From positions 1 to 30,733 of IMG/VR virus record IMGVR_UViG_3300020438_000160: 30,733 bases of DNA. One strand, written 5' to 3'. Every line of letters starts with the position of its first letter. The first letter of the stretch is position 1. The translations under genes were made by a program, and so were the position numbers. Below, piece after piece: positions 27,323 through 30,733 of the stretch. The DNA is from a virus (taxonomy: Duplodnaviria > Caudoviricetes). A model generated the notes under the pieces. That model was not told the origin of the DNA. It did not search any database and saw nothing but the letters and a program-made list of their open reading frames with translations.

Positions 27323-29377
27323 TCATAGTTCAGTTTGATTTAACCAATCACTTCCAATCTTCCCTTCTAACAACAATGGCACATTTACTTCTATGCCATA
27401 TCTAGCTTTAATTACAGCTACTAGATTCTTTTGTACATCCTCAATGATATCAATTACTTGTTGCTCTTCATCTGGATGTACATCTATTACGATGGAATCG
27501 TGTACAGAGTTTACTACACAACTCCTATATCCGTCAAGTTTATTATACAGTTCTACCAATACTACAGGTACTATATCTGCCGTAGCAAATGATTGTACTG
27601 GGTAGTTTTTAATCTGTGTAAAGTTGGTTACTGTACCGTCCCTTCTTCTTTGTGTATCAGGAAAGGCAAACTCCCTGCCACTAGGTATTCTAATAAACCC
27701 ATGTCCAACTGCTTGATTAGCTAGTTTCTTATGCCATTTACCTATACCTTTGTACTTTTCAATAAAGTGTTTGTAGTAAGTAGCTTCAGCTTCTGTTCTG
27801 CCATAACCTGTAGCACCGTACAAGGGGGCAAAAGTATGTGCCTTTGCAACCTGTCTGGATGTAGGTTGTCCTGCATCTGATATAACCTTTGCAGTATAGT
27901 TGTGTACATCAAAACCTTCTGTCACTTCTTTAATAGCAACAGGGTCTTGGCTGAGATAAGCTGCTACTCTAAATTCTAGTTGTGCAAAGTCTGCTTCTAA
28001 TACCTTGCCCCCCTGGAATCGAGATACAAAAACTTTCTTAACAGGAAAGGTAGAACCTCTAGGCATGTTCTGCATATTCGGGTTAGCTCCACTAAATCTA
28101 CCAGTAGCAGTAACATGCTGATTCAACCTGACATGTAGGAACCCGTCCTCTTTTACAAAGTCCTTTATACCCTCAACAAAGTTTGATAAGTAGCTTGTGA
28201 TAGCTGATAGTCTTCTAAGTTTAGATAGAAACTCAGATGCTTCTGTCATACCTTTACTATTAGCAAATCTTTCTAGTATTTCTAAGTTACCTTTGGATGT
28301 ACTAAACCCACTAGCACTGGCCCACTTTGCACTAGGAGGACTAAACTTTAACCCTGCTACCTTATTGCTTTCTTCATACACAAAGCCTGAACCACCGCAG
28401 ACATTACACTTGGTAGCTTTCTTAAATGGATTGCCATCTTTTTTAGTTTTATAGAACTGGCCCTTGCCCTTGCACCTACTACATTGCTTTGCTTTTGTTT
28501 TAAACAAAGTCTTGAAGTGTTTTCTAATCAGTCCTTTAAAAACATTTGTAGGTGTGTGAGGTTCAATGCAAGAGTGCCATGCATTTTTATCTATAGGTTT
28601 TCTACTAAACAAAACCCAAGAGAGTTGTTCAGTACTACCTAGATTAATAGGAGTATCTCCCATAAGTTTTTTAGTAAACTCCTGTAGGCTAGTCTCTAGT
28701 TCTAACTTTTCTTTCCTAAACTCTTTTTCTACATCATCGAGTCTATCCATATCAATTTTAAAACCAGACTGATACATCCTTGCAAGTACAACTGCAACTT
28801 CATTAGTTATATCAATAACATTTTTTAGCCCTGCATCTTGATTAGATTCTAATCGTAGCTGCATCTTTTGATATAACTCTTTTGTACATGCAAGGTCACA
28901 TCGTAAATAATAGTCTAATTCTTTTCTAGGTATGTCCCGTGTACTGTAACCCTTCTTAAAATATTCTTTCAGGGTGTCCTGCTTTTCAGTAGCACAATCA
29001 TATTTTTTAGCAACCGATTTTAAATCTAGGGGTTGCTTGACTCCTCGATTGAGGATGCATTCACATAACATACTGTCGAACACTCTGCCTGTGTATGTGA
29101 ATCCCGATTCCCACAACCATAAAAGATCATGGTTAACATTGTGCATGACAAGAGTAGTAGTTTCATTTAAAATCCCTTGTAGTTCATTTCGGTTAGATAC
29201 AACATCATCACTTTCATTAAGGTCACAATGGTCGAAAGTATAAGTGGATGGATCTTTAGCATCCAATGGGTGAACACCAACCATAACCAGAGAGTTTGTC
29301 CTCTCGAATGGATCCATGTGTTTCTTACTGTTCTTAGTTGTGACTGTATTTTCAACATCAAGTATTGTTATACTCAT
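27323..29377 (-). CDS. polA: Family A DNA polymerase with 3'-5' exonuclease and DnaJ-like zinc-finger insertion
   Basis: Exo I LDVE, HNVNHDL, Exo III YLRCD; TATGRFSG; motif A ADFAQLEFRV; motif B RQVAKAHTFAPLYG (Phe at the E. coli 762-equivalent position); motif C VHDS; CSRCKGKG and CNVCGGSG. Confidence 0.95.
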   Translation of the reverse strand: MSITILDVENTVTTKNSKKHMDPFERTNSLVMVGVHPLDAKDPSTYTFDHCDLNESDDVVSNRNELQGILNETTTLVMHNVNHDLLWLWESGFTYTGRVFDSMLCECILNRGVKQPLDLKSVAKKYDCATEKQDTLKEYFKKGYSTRDIPRKELDYYLRCDLACTKELYQKMQLRLESNQDAGLKNVIDITNEVAVVLARMYQSGFKIDMDRLDDVEKEFRKEKLELETSLQEFTKKLMGDTPINLGSTEQLSWVLFSRKPIDKNAWHSCIEPHTPTNVFKGLIRKHFKTLFKTKAKQCSRCKGKGQFYKTKKDGNPFKKATKCNVCGGSGFVYEESNKVAGLKFSPPSAKWASASGFSTSKGNLEILERFANSKGMTEASEFLSKLRRLSAITSYLSNFVEGIKDFVKEDGFLHVRLNQHVTATGRFSGANPNMQNMPRGSTFPVKKVFVSRFQGGKVLEADFAQLEFRVAAYLSQDPVAIKEVTEGFDVHNYTAKVISDAGQPTSRQVAKAHTFAPLYGATGYGRTEAEATYYKHFIEKYKGIGKWHKKLANQAVGHGFIRIPSGREFAFPDTQRRRDGTVTNFTQIKNYPVQSFATADIVPVVLVELYNKLDGYRSCVVNSVHDSIVIDVHPDEEQQVIDIIEDVQKNLVAVIKARYGIEVNVPLLLEGKIGSDWLNQTEL

Positions 29378-29603
29378 CTAGTAGCCCCTTTTTTTGTAAT
29401 CTTGATATGATTACTTTTTTTATTATGTCTTTAAAAAAATAATTATACCCAACCTCATCTGCTTCTTTTAGAAAATCTTTAAGAGGAATTTTTATTACTT
29501 CATCATGCTCACTGTTTATTAACTCTTCAAGTTTCATTTGCATATATTTCTCCTTTGCGTAGGGAGTATTAATTACTTTACTTATTCTATCAAATGTACC
29601 CAC
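29358..29603 (-). CDS. Hypothetical protein
   Basis: GTG start with AAGGT upstream, 81 aa, overlaps the polA start. Confidence 0.5.
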   Translation of the reverse strand: MGTFDRISKVINTPYAKEKYMQMKLEELINSEHDEVIKIPLKDFLKEADEVGYNYFFKDIIKKVIISRLQKKGLLDEYNNT

Positions 29604-29621
29604 AGTATATGCTACCTTATA

Positions 29622-29834
29622 TTAAAATTTCTGACTATATTTTTGAATGAATGCATTTTTACTAATCCTACTTGACTGTGGTCTTTTCCAACAGTAACTT
29701 CTTTTTTTACCAGTAGCTTCCGTAGTAGACTTATCTTTTTTTTCTAGCCTTTTAAATAATATACTTGGGTCTGGTACAAATTTAAATTTATTTAATTCTG
29801 TATGTGTTTTTCTTTCTGCTTTAAAATTTTTCAC
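29622..29834 (-). CDS. Lys-rich hypothetical protein
   Basis: GTGA overlap with the helicase stop; 70 aa, very basic. Confidence 0.45.
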   Translation of the reverse strand: MKNFKAERKTHTELNKFKFVPDPSILFKRLEKKDKSTTEATGKKRSYCWKRPQSSRISKNAFIQKYSQKF

Positions 29835-30733
29835 GATGTATATTCCCCTGTATTATAATCAAACTCACAATTAACAATCCGATGGACACCAGATATTTTA
29901 TTCTTGACTACATTTAAATACCTCATGCCATCGTCCTCTGTCTGGTCATTAAGTGGTCGATTCTTTGCTATCAGAATCATTAGGTCACACTCTCCTGCTA
30001 GACCAGTTTTACTGCCCTCTATCATCGCCTGACTTAATCGAACTTTATCTTCTGCTTCAGCCGATAGTTGTGTGCAATACACAACAAGACATCCATAGAG
30101 TTTACCTATGTTCCTTGCGTAAATTGCATTAGCTTTTAGTACCTCGTGGTTGTTAGTGGAAGAACCTTCCTCAGAAAACTTACTACCTATGTCAAGAACA
30201 ACTATGTCAGGCTTATGGTTTTTAATAACTGACTCTGCCCATGACATTGTTTTACCTGTAGCATCTATAAACTTTATGTTGTCCTTGATAGGGTCATACA
30301 ATCTATGTGCCTGTTGTTTATCTTGTTTTATCTGTTGCATAGTCATACCAGTACAAGCAGTCATGTACCTAGCTGCCACACGTTCTGGCTTCTCTTCATT
30401 ACATAAAACTAGAATCTTAGCATTCTGATGTCCCCAACCATTCGACCCTGCACATAACGTGGCATGGAAACTAGACTTACCTACATTCGACCTAGCACCT
30501 ATAACAAATAGCATACCACCGTCCAGTCCTTGAACTGCCTGGAATAATGAATTGATATTGAATCGATACTTTGTATTACTACTTGCACTAGTGATTAGAT
30601 TCTCAACAGAGTTATCTAAGAAGTCAGCTTTTACTGTAGGTGTAAAATCATCTTGATGGGTTTCAAGTAAATTTCTCAGGGGTTCCATGGTAGTCATGTC
30701 CCCATTGACATATTGAAATCCAAGGTTAGCTAC
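29831..30733 (-). CDS. SF4 (DnaB/T7 gp4-like) replicative helicase, 5' truncated
   Basis: Walker A GARSNVGKSS, NEE, Walker B IVVLD, TQLS, GSKTG..GE.D and KNKISG. The frame stays open from 30697 to the window edge (VANLGFQYVNGD), so the true start lies outside the window. Confidence 0.9.
   Translation of the reverse strand, partial: VANLGFQYVNGDMTTMEPLRNLLETHQDDFTPTVKADFLDNSVENLITSASSNTKYRFNINSLFQAVQGLDGGMLFVIGARSNVGKSSFHATLCAGSNGWGHQNAKILVLCNEEKPERVAARYMTACTGMTMQQIKQDKQQAHRLYDPIKDNIKFIDATGKTMSWAESVIKNHKPDIVVLDIGSKFSEEGSSTNNHEVLKANAIYARNIGKLYGCLVVYCTQLSAEAEDKVRLSQAMIEGSKTGLAGECDLMILIAKNRPLNDQTEDDGMRYLNVVKNKISGVHRIVNCEFDYNTGEYTS

Noticed and set aside
1-30733. Remaining short antisense or out-of-frame ORFs in the track; tRNA, integrase and transposase genes
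   Set aside because: The short ORFs lie within or across well-supported genes and lack motifs. The window has almost no intergenic space, and no cloverleaf or recombinase motifs were seen.

Overview
An AT-rich, gene-dense fragment of a marine-type podovirus genome, most likely HMO-2011-type, judged from a family A DNA polymerase carrying a DnaJ-like CxxCxGxG double motif. It has two convergent arms. The + strand (1-20118) is morphogenesis and lysis: end of the major capsid gene, probable decoration protein, intrinsic terminator, head-tail/nozzle proteins, repeat-rich tail fibre, five-LamG fibre protein, fibre chaperone, holin-like genes, M15 endolysin and internal virion proteins, one with an SLT domain. 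The - strand (30733-20115) is replication and nucleotide metabolism: SF4 helicase (partial), PolA, probable SSB, Cas4-like exonuclease, T7 endonuclease I-like resolvase, DUF3310, nrdA, three small ORFs and nrdB. The most unusual element is at the end of the - arm, beyond an intrinsic terminator: nrdB is translationally coupled to a signal-peptide-bearing monoheme cytochrome c (CKQCH), followed by an unannotated 33-aa membrane peptide. Synonymous codon choice also shows avoidance of GGWCC, AAGCTT, GAATTC, CCGG and non-palindromic CCAGC/GCTGG (by-eye scan). No tRNA, rRNA, CRISPR array, integrase or transposase was seen. All family assignments come from motif recognition, not database searches.
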